64,000 nucleotides of DNA from assembly GCA_020628095.1 (NCBI GenBank), contig JAHDFP010000011.1, positions 72,706-136,705 of the forward strand. The letters are read 5' to 3'. The notes beneath the pieces are model-generated. The model ran no database searches and was not told the origin of the DNA. It was given only the letters and a program-made list of their open reading frames with translations. The first letter of the stretch is position 1; each line of letters opens with the position of its first letter. Source of the stretch: Saprospiraceae bacterium (GTDB taxonomy: Bacteria > Bacteroidota > Bacteroidia > Chitinophagales > Saprospiraceae). Shown piece after piece: positions 27,190 through 36,765 of the stretch. A program made the position numbers and the translations under genes.

Positions 27190-27531
27190 TTAGGCTAAGT
27201 CAGGGTCTCTTTCTCTCTGTCTATACTCTAACTTATCATCGAAAAACTCCTGTGTCGCAATGAGAGTAGGGTTAGGCAGTTTTTCGTAGAACTTGGAGAT
27301 TTCTATCTGCTCTTTATTTTCTTGTATTTCCTCTATAGTCTCAGAAGTAATAGCGAACTCTTCTAACTTACCGTGAAGCTCTTGCTTGATATCCACATTG
27401 AGTTGTCTTGCTCTTTTGGCAATGACAGCCAAAGACTCATATATATTGTTAGTCTTAGTAAGGAAACTCTTGATGTCTCTAGACTGAGCAGAAGGTTCTA
27501 TATTTTGTACTTGATTTTTTATATCTGTCAT
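27190..27531 (-). CDS. rpoZ: RNA polymerase omega-subunit-like protein
   Basis: 113 aa. The central NIYESLAVIAKRARQLN matches the omega core helix. It sits between bamD and coaBC, and its start overlaps the bamD stop by 4 nt (ATGA). Confidence 0.6.
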   Translation of the reverse strand: MTDIKNQVQNIEPSAQSRDIKSFLTKTNNIYESLAVIAKRARQLNVDIKQELHGKLEEFAITSETIEEIQENKEQIEISKFYEKLPNPTLIATQEFFDDKLEYRQRERDPDLA

Positions 27532-28334
27532 TGGACAAATCTTTTTAGTTCGTTATTACAAAAATCCTTTATATCTCCTAACTCCGACAGATTTTCTGAT
27601 GTCGGATATTTAGTTGCAAATTTATTGCATTTTTTGATGGTATTCTGCAATCGCTCTTCCATCTTCTCGTAGATACTATTTTTAGCTAGTAGGTAGCTGG
27701 ATTGTATAATGAGAAAATTGATTTCTTCTCTGCGTTTGGTCTCTGGAAAATCTTTTAAAAGATTTTCGAAAGAAGACATGGCAGACTGATAATTCTTTAG
27801 TTGGTAATAGAGTTTGGCTTTTTCGAATGCCTTGGTTTCTAGTTTTAACCTTAACTCATCTATAAGCTCATTGCACTGATCGACTCTTGGACTGCTCGGA
27901 TAATTATTAATAAAGGCCTGTAGGTCTTCTATCGCTTGGCGAGATGGTTTTTGATCTAATTTGTAGGAAGGCGATAATTCATAGTTGGCATAAGCCGACA
28001 TGAATGCCATTTCTTCTTTTTTAGGACTATTATAAAAGGTCTTAGCAAAACTGTTGAAATAATGGCTCGCTAGGGTATACTGACCTAAGTTGTAATAGGT
28101 ATAAGAATAGTTATAAAACAAATCCTCCGCCTCCTTTTTACCTCTGAAAAAAGGTATGGCTAATTCGTACAAAGCTTGCGCTTTAAGAAAATCGCCTTCT
28201 TCAAAGTATTTATTGGCCGAGGTGAGTATTCTCTGAGGGTCATTACTTGTCCTAATCTCCTCATAGGCAGATCTGCAAGAAATCAATAAGACGAAAGAGA
28301 ACAGTATAGATATAAGTAGTTTATCCATTGTCAT
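27528..28334 (-). CDS. bamD: Outer membrane protein assembly factor BamD-like TPR lipoprotein
   Basis: 268 aa. It has a lipobox-like signal (LLISCRS), TPR-like helices throughout and the conserved Bacteroidota context with rpoZ-like and coaBC. Confidence 0.72.
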   Translation of the reverse strand: MTMDKLLISILFSFVLLISCRSAYEEIRTSNDPQRILTSANKYFEEGDFLKAQALYELAIPFFRGKKEAEDLFYNYSYTYYNLGQYTLASHYFNSFAKTFYNSPKKEEMAFMSAYANYELSPSYKLDQKPSRQAIEDLQAFINNYPSSPRVDQCNELIDELRLKLETKAFEKAKLYYQLKNYQSAMSSFENLLKDFPETKRREEINFLIIQSSYLLAKNSIYEKMEERLQNTIKKCNKFATKYPTSENLSELGDIKDFCNNELKRFVQ

Positions 28335-28343
28335 AAAGGGCTA

Positions 28344-28374
28344 CAAATGTAAATTAATTCGTGTGGATATACAA
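28344..28374 (-). promoter_or_regulatory. Candidate sigma-A promoter for the bamD-rpoZ-coaBC-DUF4835-purN unit
   Basis: The minus strand reads TTG (28374-28372), N20, TACATTTG (28351-28344), matching the Bacteroidota TTG..TAnnTTTG consensus. It ends 9 nt before the bamD ATG, which implies a very short leader. Confidence 0.4.
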
Positions 28375-28528
28375 TCATCTTTCAGAATATAGAAGATTGT
28401 ATAAATGATTGATTATAAGCATGTTGACTATTTGCTTGCGCCAATGTAACGCAATCATAATCAGTATAGATATAATCGATAATACTTTAAGAGAAAATTA
28501 TAAGTAGTGGAGTGTGAGGAGTAGACTT

Positions 28529-28564
28529 TTAAAAAAAGGAAAAAGCCAGTACTTGCATACTGAC
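28529..28564 (-). terminator. Candidate intrinsic terminator downstream of the GH3-family gene
   Basis: The minus strand reads GTCAGTA-TGCAAG-TACTGGC, a 7-bp stem with one G-U pair, followed by TTTTTCCTTTTTTTAA. It lies ~110 nt after the stop at 28676. Confidence 0.45.
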
Positions 28565-28675
28565 TTTAACACCTTTTGATTTTGACTTTAACTATCCTTT
28601 TATTCTATCATGTTGTTGCCAACGATAATAAGACAGAGATACAGGCAATTACCCCTATGTCGAATAAAGATTTAT

Positions 28676-30169
28676 TCAAATAGCGTATTTCTTGAGCTCT
28701 TTTGCTAGTTGTCTGTCATTTTTGAGGCGTGGTACTTTATTTTGACCACCTAGTTTGCCTATGGATTGCATATAATCTCGGAAAGCGTTTTTCTTCAGAG
28801 GTGTGATTTTTAGCGTTTGGATGATGTTACCTGTGATGAGATCGCGATAATAAATGTTTTGTCTTATGATCTCTTCATCCAGTTTTATTTCTATCTCAGT
28901 AAGATTGTCTGGTGTATTTACAAATTCTACAAACCATTCGTGATAGGGTAGTCCAGACTGTGGACTCACTTGTGGTGCCACAGTGAAGTCAACTACTGTA
29001 AAATCATGATCCTTACTGACTATTTCCATCGCATCTTCTACCTCCTTAGAGATAACATGCTCTCCAAATGCCGATATGAAATGCTTAGTCCGACCACTTA
29101 CAACTATTTTGTAGGGGTCTAATGAGGTAAATCTCACCATATCCCCAATGTCATAAGACCACAGACCAGCATCACTGCTGATATATATGGCATAATCAAT
29201 ATCCACATCGACTTCCGCCAGAGAAATCCTATGTGATTCCGCATCATTTATTTTATTGACGGGTACAAACTCGAAAAAGAGGCCCGCAGAGGTATTCAGA
29301 AGTAGACCCTCATCATCCATGTCATCCTGATATGCTATAAATCCCTCAGAAGCAGGGTAAGTCTCTAGTGTATAAATCCCAGAGCCCATCAGTGACTCCA
29401 TGGTCCTTTTGTAAGGCTTATAGTTTACACCGCCGTGGACGAATAGTTTGAGATTGGGGAATATGTCATTGATATACTTTTTGCCAGTGCGTTCTATCAG
29501 CTTTTCGTAGTACATCTGTACCCAGGGCGGTATACCACTGATCAGAGACATTTCCTGTCCTAAAGTTTCATTGACAATGTGATCGAGTTTGTCTTCCCAT
29601 TCCTCTGTGCAGTTGGTTTCGTAAGAGGGTAACTTATTGCTATTGGCCCAGACTGGAATTTCGTGATTGACTATTCCTGATAACCTGCCTGTCGCTATTG
29701 GACCTTCAGTATTAAGTACAGGCGAACCTGACAAGAAAATCATTTTACCAGAAAATAGATTGGCGCCCGTCTGAGAGACAAAGTTGAGTATGGCATTACG
29801 TGCCGTGTTAATTTGGGATTTGATGCTTTCGTTAGTAATGGGTATGTACTTGACACCAGAGGTTGTTCCCGAGGTTTTAGCGAAGTATTTGGGTTTTCCA
29901 GGCCATAAGACATCGGATTCGCCTTGTATTATTTTGTCTACATAAGGTCTTAGGGCTTCGTAATCCCTGATGGGGACGCGTTGTTTGTACTCTTCATAAG
30001 ACCTTACTTCATCTAAGTGATGATCCTTACCGAAAGAGGCTATCTTTCCTTTGGAGATAAGATTAGAGAATTGTGCCTGTTGATCTATAAGGGCGTTTTT
30101 AGCTTGTCTTTTTATCTTGGAACGGATATAATGGGCGTACTGACCTATGACGAAGGATTTAAGACCCAT
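28676..30169 (-). CDS. GH3 (auxin-responsive promoter) family adenylating enzyme homologue
   Basis: 497 aa. Motifs are FAKTSGTTSG (acyl-adenylate P-loop-like), YPASEGF and a GH3-like C-terminal domain. Confidence 0.82.
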   Translation of the reverse strand: MGLKSFVIGQYAHYIRSKIKRQAKNALIDQQAQFSNLISKGKIASFGKDHHLDEVRSYEEYKQRVPIRDYEALRPYVDKIIQGESDVLWPGKPKYFAKTSGTTSGVKYIPITNESIKSQINTARNAILNFVSQTGANLFSGKMIFLSGSPVLNTEGPIATGRLSGIVNHEIPVWANSNKLPSYETNCTEEWEDKLDHIVNETLGQEMSLISGIPPWVQMYYEKLIERTGKKYINDIFPNLKLFVHGGVNYKPYKRTMESLMGSGIYTLETYPASEGFIAYQDDMDDEGLLLNTSAGLFFEFVPVNKINDAESHRISLAEVDVDIDYAIYISSDAGLWSYDIGDMVRFTSLDPYKIVVSGRTKHFISAFGEHVISKEVEDAMEIVSKDHDFTVVDFTVAPQVSPQSGLPYHEWFVEFVNTPDNLTEIEIKLDEEIIRQNIYYRDLITGNIIQTLKITPLKKNAFRDYMQSIGKLGGQNKVPRLKNDRQLAKELKKYAI

Positions 30170-30174
30170 GTAAG

Positions 30175-30654
30175 CTATATTTCACTTATGAAATTTCCCC
30201 AGACCCATCCCTCCGTTCCGGCATAGTTGATTTTGCACCATCTTCCAGCATTGCCGTTGAGGTAGTAAGTTTCTGTGTCATAGAACATAATCTTAACCTC
30301 TGCATTAGCGGGTATGCGCAGCACGATACTGGAAGACAAAGAAGGCTTGTCTCGCATATTGAGAGTTTCGCTATCTATAATGACCAGTCCTCTTTTGAAG
30401 CCATTAGCTCCCGTACAGTTTGCCAGTTTGGTTTCTAGATCTGATATGATGCTGTCTTTTTCTTTTATAAGGGCATCTTTTGCAGAGCCCGTTGGATTAG
30501 GGATTTTGGAGAACGCACCAGAAATAACTTCGCTCGGACTTTTTTGCATAATAATGGACGCCACTAACCAAGTACTAATTAGCCCAAAGAATATGATGTA
30601 CCCCCATCTGAGGATATTTTGTTTGTTATTTTTTTGATAGCGTGAGCGAGACAA
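30175..30654 (-). CDS. Membrane-anchored SH3b-domain protein
   Basis: 159 aa with one N-terminal TM helix and a C-terminal bacterial SH3 pattern (LNMRDKPSLSSSIVLRIPANAEVKI ... WCKINYAGTEGWVWGNFI). It is 5 nt upstream of the GH3 gene. Confidence 0.55.
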   Translation of the reverse strand: MSRSRYQKNNKQNILRWGYIIFFGLISTWLVASIIMQKSPSEVISGAFSKIPNPTGSAKDALIKEKDSIISDLETKLANCTGANGFKRGLVIIDSETLNMRDKPSLSSSIVLRIPANAEVKIMFYDTETYYLNGNAGRWCKINYAGTEGWVWGNFISEI

Positions 30655-30873
30655 GGATTGACGATTTTTTATAAAAGCATTGTGAAATTAGCTATAAATA
30701 TTAAAATCATAAGGCGTAAACGGTGAATACTAAATGCTTAGTTATCAAGAAATTAGAATTTATAACATGAAGTATTTGTCAGAGGTTAATTGTCAATTTT
30801 TGATTATTGGACGCTAATAATATAGCCAATAACCTTTTGGCTAAATCTATGTTTCAATACTAATAAAGTCAAC

Positions 30874-31785
30874 ATGAATATACTTATAGCAGGTGGTACA
30901 GGACTGATTGGGTCTAGGTTATTGGAATTACTGGACCACGAAAGACATAATGTGACTATACTTTCTCGCAGAAAAAGGGAGGATGCTCCAGAGTGTAAAT
31001 ATGTCCAGTGGTCTCCATCGGACGAATCCATTAATCTGCAAAACTTAGATAACTATGATGCCATAATCAATCTAGCAGGAGCAGGTATAGCGGATAAACG
31101 ATGGACGGCAAACTACAAGAAAATTATATTAGATAGCCGTATACAAAGTGCAAGGACTCTGGAAAAATATCTTCGCCTTACTCACAACAAACCAAGTGTC
31201 TATATCGGTGCATCGGCCATAGGTATATATGGAGACCAAGGCGACAAAAAGTTATTGGAATCTGATGAGGTCGGGCAAGGCTTTTTGGCAGATGTAACCA
31301 AAGAATGGGAGACAGCACATCGGCAAATAGAGTCTCTGTCAGAGCGCACGGTCTTACTAAGAATAGGAATCGTCCTGAGCACCTTAGGAGGTGCACTAAA
31401 AGAGATCATTAAACCAGCACAGGTCGGAATGTACGGGTACTTTGGGGATGGCAGCGCCTATTACTCTTGGATACATATAGATGATATGTGCAAAATTATT
31501 ATAGAATCTATGGAGAATGCAAATATGCAAGGTGTCTATAACGCTACTAATCCAGAGCCTGTTACTATTAAAAAACTTGTAAAATCAGTGAAAAGAGCTA
31601 AAGGGGGATTCGGATTAGCGATACCTGTTCCTGCCATTTCTCTCAAGACCATGCTGGGCGAGATGTCTCAGATGTTACTCAATAGTACGAGAGTAATACC
31701 TCAACGATTGATGGATGCCAATTTTAAGTTTGATCACAATAGCCTCGTCCCCGCATTAAAGGACTTATTGTCTAAGAAAATCTGA
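30874..31785 (+). CDS. TIGR01777/YfcH-family NAD-dependent epimerase-like protein
   Basis: 303 aa with the Rossmann motif ILIAGGTGLIGSRL and a DUF1731-like C terminus (RVIPQRLMDANFKF). Confidence 0.8.
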   Translation: MNILIAGGTGLIGSRLLELLDHERHNVTILSRRKREDAPECKYVQWSPSDESINLQNLDNYDAIINLAGAGIADKRWTANYKKIILDSRIQSARTLEKYLRLTHNKPSVYIGASAIGIYGDQGDKKLLESDEVGQGFLADVTKEWETAHRQIESLSERTVLLRIGIVLSTLGGALKEIIKPAQVGMYGYFGDGSAYYSWIHIDDMCKIIIESMENANMQGVYNATNPEPVTIKKLVKSVKRAKGGFGLAIPVPAISLKTMLGEMSQMLLNSTRVIPQRLMDANFKFDHNSLVPALKDLLSKKI

Positions 31786-31802
31786 TTAATTATTACTGAG
31801 AA

Positions 31803-32231
31803 TCAATCGTCGAAGACTTCGATTTCTTTATTGGCCATAATAAGTTCGGTGAACTTACCTTTGAATCGGGTCGCCTTGACCATGTGATTATCTATCCAGT
31901 GATAGTTTCCACCTCTTGGTTTGCCCATGAGTAATCCGTGATACTTAAACCCATGTTTTGCCAGCCAAGTCTCTGTATACTCTCTATGATCTTCTGTCCT
32001 GGACGTAAAAAACGTGATGATATGACCTTCATCATACCATTTATTGAGTATCTCTAGTGCATCAGGATATGGATTGGCAGTCAGCATTCGATGAGGTTCT
32101 TCATTGGGTATGTCGTCGCATACCGTACCGTCGATGTCAATAAGATAGTTTTTGACATTGTCAGGAAGCACAGGGCTGAGAAGATTTCCTTCTGCATCGA
32201 ATAGTTCTTTGAGTTCTTTCTTACTGCTCAT
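31803..32231 (-). CDS. Small HAD-superfamily phosphatase
   Basis: 142 aa. Motif I is IDIDGTVCDD (DxDxT). A TSR motif and a later GKP..G/D region fit a capless HAD phosphatase. The substrate is unknown. Confidence 0.55.
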   Translation of the reverse strand: MSSKKELKELFDAEGNLLSPVLPDNVKNYLIDIDGTVCDDIPNEEPHRMLTANPYPDALEILNKWYDEGHIITFFTSRTEDHREYTETWLAKHGFKYHGLLMGKPRGGNYHWIDNHMVKATRFKGKFTELIMANKEIEVFDD

Positions 32232-32239
32232 TTGTACTT

Positions 32240-33049
32240 TTAAAAGTTTAAATATTCTTTTGGATTCACTGCGATACCGTCATTCCATATTTCGAAGTGG
32301 ACATGCGGACCAGATGTCAGTTTTCCAGTATTACCGATTATTGCGATGGCCTCACAAGAAGATACTTTTTCTCCTATGTTTTTGAGTAATACAGAATTAT
32401 GCTTGTAGACAGATACTATATTGTTATCATGCTGTATGCTTATGGTATTACCTGTATTAGTAGACCAATCTGCATTAATCACGACACCATCTAAGATACT
32501 TTTTACGGGTGTATCCTTAGGAGCAACTAAATCTATCCCATAATGTTCTATGCCTATGTCAAATTCTGCACTGACAACACCCTCTATTGGTTTGCAAAAG
32601 TAATAATGATTTAGATCAATATCATTAGAAATTTTTGCATAGTTATACTCATTTGTTGAATAATTATCAACATACATGGAAGAATCCCCTTCTTTAGATG
32701 GCTTTATGTGGCTTGGATTTAGAATATTTTTAATGCTCTCTGTATACACGCGCTGTGTACTTATATCTTTCTCCAGACCGTCTATCTTTTCTATGAGTTC
32801 CAGATAAGTTTTGTTACTCTCGATCTCTCCGTATCCAGGTATCAGATATTTGATGGGTGTAAATGCGACTAATAGGTAGGTCAACGCGCCTACAAGCAAG
32901 GTCATAAAGGTAATCACAGCAAATAAGCCGAAAAAAGTGAAGCGCTGTACTTTGATCTCTCCCAGTGTGTCATCATCTAAGATGACTAGCCTATATCGAT
33001 CCGTTAATTTTTCTTTTAGACTTCTTTTTTTCTCTGGAGAATCAGCCAT
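32240..33049 (-). CDS. M23-family metallopeptidase, membrane-anchored
   Basis: 269 aa with one TM helix. LytM-type motifs are HYGIDL and GNTGKLTSGPHVHFEIW. Confidence 0.82.
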   Translation of the reverse strand: MADSPEKKRSLKEKLTDRYRLVILDDDTLGEIKVQRFTFFGLFAVITFMTLLVGALTYLLVAFTPIKYLIPGYGEIESNKTYLELIEKIDGLEKDISTQRVYTESIKNILNPSHIKPSKEGDSSMYVDNYSTNEYNYAKISNDIDLNHYYFCKPIEGVVSAEFDIGIEHYGIDLVAPKDTPVKSILDGVVINADWSTNTGNTISIQHDNNIVSVYKHNSVLLKNIGEKVSSCEAIAIIGNTGKLTSGPHVHFEIWNDGIAVNPKEYLNF

Positions 33050-33066
33050 CAGAAGATTTAAGACCG

Positions 33067-33074
33067 CAAAGTTA
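33067..33074 (-). promoter_or_regulatory. Candidate -7 promoter box (TAACTTTG on the minus strand)
   Basis: It matches TAnnTTTG, 17 nt upstream of the M23 gene ATG at 33049. Confidence 0.3.
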
Positions 33075-33130
33075 GTCTATCATGGTATAAATTGGGTTGA
33101 GAAGCTGCTGGAAATCATAAAAAATTAAAA

Positions 33131-33138
33131 TATTTTTG
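33131..33138 (+). promoter_or_regulatory. Candidate -7 promoter box TATTTTTG
   Basis: It matches TAnnTTTG, ~100 nt upstream of the TTG start at 33242 in the divergent intergenic region. Confidence 0.3.
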
Positions 33139-33241
33139 CACTAATCTGAGTTATTCTAGGTGTATAAGTGAGTGATACCTAATAATGATTTTCAATAGGG
33201 CTCGTCGGTTTTAATTTATTTATAATAAATCCCTCATAAGC

Positions 33242-36200
33242 TTGAAAAATTTCAAAACCTTCCAAGTGTTGTTGGTCGTAGTCATGTTATTATCATGCTC
33301 TACAACAAAAAAGAAATCGGAAGTAAAGGGCTTCAAAAAGTTCTATCATAATACAACGGCTAAGTTCAATGGTTACTTTAATGCAGAAGAGCTCATAGAT
33401 GAGGGCATCTATAAGCTTCAGCAGATGCATGTCGATAACTATAACTCCATATTGGAGGTCTATGACTATGTAGCCGTGGATGATGCCAGTACGATTTCGG
33501 CGGATATGGATAAGGCCATAGAGAAGTTATCTACGGTGGCAACCATACATGATGTCAGTAATTATCTGGATGATTGTTATGTCAACATAGGCAAAGCTCA
33601 GTATCTCAAGCAGGATTACATCTCTGCAGAGGAGACCTTCCAATATTTTGAAGAAGAATTTGATCCTAAGAATCCTTATGGACGGGTCTATAAGGTCAAC
33701 AATAAAAAGAAAACAGGAAACGCCCTGAAAAAAGAAAGGGCAAGGGAGAGAAAAGAAAAAGAAAAGGAAAGAGACGAAGAGAGGAAAGAAAAAGAAAAAG
33801 AAAGAGAAGAAGCTAAGAAGGAAAGAGAGAAAACGATAGAAGAAAAAAAGAAAGCGAGAAAGGAAGAGCTCAAGCAACGTAAAAAGGACAGAAAGAAGAA
33901 GAGTAGCAGCAAAAAGAAGAGAATGACCAAAGAGGAGCGCAAAGCAGAATTAGCTAAGCGCCGAGCTGAAAAGGAGGCAGAAGAAAAACTCAAAGAAACC
34001 AAGTCGGCGGAAGAAATTGCCGCTCAAAAAGCAAAGGAAGAAGCAAACAAAAAGGCGATAGAAGAAGCCCAGAGACAAAAAGAAGAGGCCGAGAAGAAAA
34101 AGAAAGAAAAGGAAAAAGAGGAAGAGAAAAAATATGCTAGAGAAGGTGAAGGGGCGATTTTCAAAAATAAAACGGCTTACACGGAGGGATTATATTGGCT
34201 TGCGCGAACATATATAGAGACAGAGAGATACTCCACGGCAGATTATATTATCAAAAGATTAGAAGGGACGGCGGGTCTGACAGAAAGTGTCGGTAAGAAG
34301 TTGCCTGCCGCCAAAGCCCACATGTATATCAAGACCAAAGATTTCCCCCTGGCACTGGTAGAACTGGATGAGGCTATAAGTCAGGAAAAGAAAAAAAAGA
34401 ACAAGGCCAGATACGCTTTTATCAAAGCTCAAATACACGAACGATTAGGGAACATAAGTGGTGCTTATGAAGAGTATCGCCGAGTAAAAAAATTCAACCC
34501 ATCTTATGAGTTAGAACTTAATGCTCAACTCAACGAAATAAAACTAGCCCACAAGCAAGGACAAAAGAGTAGTGAGAGCGTAATAAAGTCCATGGAGAAA
34601 TTGCTGGAGAGTACCAAGAATAAGGACTATCAGGATCAGATACATTTTGCATTGGCTCAGGTAAGATTAGAGTCAGGTGATACAGAAGGTGCTATCGCAG
34701 ATTTTAACTCTGCATTACAATCTACTGGTGGTAACAGAAGTGTCAAGTTAGAGGCTTACTACAAACTGGCGAACTTATTATTCGATAGTGGTAAATATGC
34801 TGAGTCCAAAGAAAAATTTGACGAAGTGAAGAAGCTCATGAGTAAGCACGATGATAGGTATAGGTCTGTAGACGTCCTATCCAAAAACCTTACTCAAATC
34901 TCCAATAATATGGAGACTATAGAGTTGCAGGATAGCTTGCTGAGATTAAGTCTTATGTCTGAAGAAGAGCTAAGAGAAATAGCGGTCGAAATTTTGGATG
35001 AAAAAGAAGCCAACAAAGAACCGCTCAAAGCAGGCCGAGAGCCAAATCTCAGTAATATGAGAAGGTCTAACGAAGCCTTCGGTGCGACTAAGTCTGATTT
35101 CTTTGCCTATGACAACTCGCAGGTCAATAAGGGCAAGATAGAATTCGATAGACTATGGGGTGATAGAGTCCTGGAGGATAACTGGAGAAGATCATTGAGG
35201 TCGGATGCTTCATCCTTGTTCATAGACGAATCTGAGGATGATGAAATAGCCGAAAAATCTTATAGCGAAGAAGAAATCAGAACGGCACTCAATAAGGTCC
35301 CTCGTAACGAAGCGCAGAAGAAATCTTCTCATCTGAAGATTCAGAATGCCTTATTTAATCTAGGTGTGTTATTCCGAGATAGGATAAGGAACTACGAAAA
35401 ATCTATAGAGGTACTGGAAAGACTTATAAGAGAGTATCCAGATTACGACAAGAGAGACGAGGCACTCTTCTACCTATACCTCTCTTATAAAGATCTCCCT
35501 GATGAGGCCAGAGCTAATGAGATCTTATCTAAGATGAAAAAAGAATACCCTAGCTCTAAGTTTACCAAACTGGCAACCGATCCTAATTATGCTAACTCAC
35601 TCAGAGAGAATGAAGAGTCTATAGGCTCGTATTATGATAAGACCTATGCTTTATTTACAGAAGGCGCATATGAGGAGGTCATAGACCGATGCGAAAAGAA
35701 AACTCAGGTGTTCCCAGATAAGAAAGATTATGCGGCCAAGTTTGCAATTATCAAGGCGATGAGTATAGGTAAGTTAGACGGAAAAGATGCTTACATCAAA
35801 GAATTGCAGCAAGTGGTCAGAGCTTTTCCTAAGACAGACGAAGAGGCTAGAGCTAAAGAAATATTGCGATTCCTTAAGGGAGACTCAGAGGCCTTTGATG
35901 AGATATTATTTGATGAGGCTTATGATAGATTTACTCTAGATGATAAGAAGTTGCATTATGTTTTTGCGGTGACTTATGATTATGGTCAGAAAGAATTTGA
36001 CAAAGCGAAAAAGGACATTCATAACTATAATAAGTCGTACTACAGATTCGATAATCTTAAGATATCCAATATCTATCTTAATGTCGAGAGTAAGTCGCAG
36101 ATCATATTAATACGTTCTTTTCCGGATCGTCTCAAGGCTATGAAATACTATACGGCGGTATTAGAAAAGCAGGCGGAATTTATCAAAGATCAGTCTAAGG

Positions 36201-36313
36201 CTTACGACCTATACGTCGGTACTCAAAAGAACTATAGAGAGGTGGTCAAGCAAAGATCTACCAAAAGTTATAATATCTTCTTCGAAAAGAATTATCTGAA
36301 TGATGGTAAGTAG
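33242..36313 (+). CDS. Large TPR-repeat lipoprotein, possibly the PorW/SprE-type T9SS component
   Basis: 1023 aa with a lipoprotein signal (VVVMLLSCS). An N-terminal KKFYHNTTAKFNGYFNA segment resembles what I recall of SprE/PorW N termini. It also has a ~150-aa K/E/R-rich insert and multiple TPR-like repeats. The PorW/SprE assignment is tentative. Confidence 0.6.
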   Translation: MKNFKTFQVLLVVVMLLSCSTTKKKSEVKGFKKFYHNTTAKFNGYFNAEELIDEGIYKLQQMHVDNYNSILEVYDYVAVDDASTISADMDKAIEKLSTVATIHDVSNYLDDCYVNIGKAQYLKQDYISAEETFQYFEEEFDPKNPYGRVYKVNNKKKTGNALKKERARERKEKEKERDEERKEKEKEREEAKKEREKTIEEKKKARKEELKQRKKDRKKKSSSKKKRMTKEERKAELAKRRAEKEAEEKLKETKSAEEIAAQKAKEEANKKAIEEAQRQKEEAEKKKKEKEKEEEKKYAREGEGAIFKNKTAYTEGLYWLARTYIETERYSTADYIIKRLEGTAGLTESVGKKLPAAKAHMYIKTKDFPLALVELDEAISQEKKKKNKARYAFIKAQIHERLGNISGAYEEYRRVKKFNPSYELELNAQLNEIKLAHKQGQKSSESVIKSMEKLLESTKNKDYQDQIHFALAQVRLESGDTEGAIADFNSALQSTGGNRSVKLEAYYKLANLLFDSGKYAESKEKFDEVKKLMSKHDDRYRSVDVLSKNLTQISNNMETIELQDSLLRLSLMSEEELREIAVEILDEKEANKEPLKAGREPNLSNMRRSNEAFGATKSDFFAYDNSQVNKGKIEFDRLWGDRVLEDNWRRSLRSDASSLFIDESEDDEIAEKSYSEEEIRTALNKVPRNEAQKKSSHLKIQNALFNLGVLFRDRIRNYEKSIEVLERLIREYPDYDKRDEALFYLYLSYKDLPDEARANEILSKMKKEYPSSKFTKLATDPNYANSLRENEESIGSYYDKTYALFTEGAYEEVIDRCEKKTQVFPDKKDYAAKFAIIKAMSIGKLDGKDAYIKELQQVVRAFPKTDEEARAKEILRFLKGDSEAFDEILFDEAYDRFTLDDKKLHYVFAVTYDYGQKEFDKAKKDIHNYNKSYYRFDNLKISNIYLNVESKSQIILIRSFPDRLKAMKYYTAVLEKQAEFIKDQSKAYDLYVGTQKNYREVVKQRSTKSYNIFFEKNYLNDGK
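33727..33812 (+). repeat. Near-pure polypurine tract (86 nt with only 2 pyrimidines) inside the K/E/R-rich coding insert
   Basis: Direct reading gives GAAAAAAGAAAGGGCAAGGGAGAGAAAAGAAAAAGAAAAGGAAAGAGACGAAGAGAGGAAAGAAAAAGAAAAAGAAAGAGAAGAAG. It follows from AAR/GAR/AGR codon use. Confidence 0.8.
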
Positions 36314-36399
36314 AGTATTTTGCTCTGCTCATTATCTTGTTATGCAGAAGTAGGATTTTTAGTAAGCATATTAAGAGGTAACATAGAATCCTTCGACTT

Positions 36400-36457
36400 G
36401 GATATAAAGTAAATTCTATTGTTTGGCACTGTTACTTTGGCATTGCCCCAAAGTAAC
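36400..36457 (+). repeat. Stop-codon-flank repeat, diverged full-length copy (T-rich module plus 10-bp hairpin GTTACTTTGG/CCAAAGTAAC)
   Basis: The reverse complement of 36422-36453 aligns with 61273-61302 (27 identical columns, two 1-nt gaps, hand alignment). A perfect 10-bp stem at 36431-36440/36448-36457 closes a 7-nt loop. Confidence 0.6.
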
Positions 36458-36765
36458 CAAAACTCTAGTTCATTAAAAGGTCTTTATGCCCTTCTCAATT
36501 CCTTCAGCTCCCATATTTACTGCTCATGCGTTATTTCATAACCCAAGCCGCAGACGTAAATATGCTCGCCACAGACTGAATAATGAACGGTCCAAATACG
36601 TTTTCTCAAAAGAACCCGCGACTTTTCCATGCTTTATTATTATTACTCCGTTTTCAGCACTTTATGTGCTTTTATCAGTCACCAAAAATTTATGAGATTA
36701 AGATCAATAAAAGTTGACTTTGCTTGAGACTCCCATATAGCCAGAAAACTAAACCAGCTTACTTT

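Noticed and set aside
33527-34002. Two long antisense ORFs (116 and 104 aa) opposite the PorW-like gene
   Set aside because: They are F/L/S-only translations of the polypyrimidine strand of the K/E/R insert, so they are spurious.
36595-36640. Minus-strand GGAAAAGTCGCGGGTTC, which resembles the RNase P RNA CR-I motif GAGGAAAGUCCGGGC
   Set aside because: None of the other universally conserved RNase P blocks is present, and the ORF-free patch is too short (~250 nt). I also saw no tmRNA, SRP RNA or tRNA signatures.
36486-36695. 69-aa ORF in the large convergent gap
   Set aside because: Its composition (PFSIPSAPIF...RRRKYARHRLNN...) is not protein-like. I saw no sensible start context or motif. 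I treat the region as non-coding (see findings).
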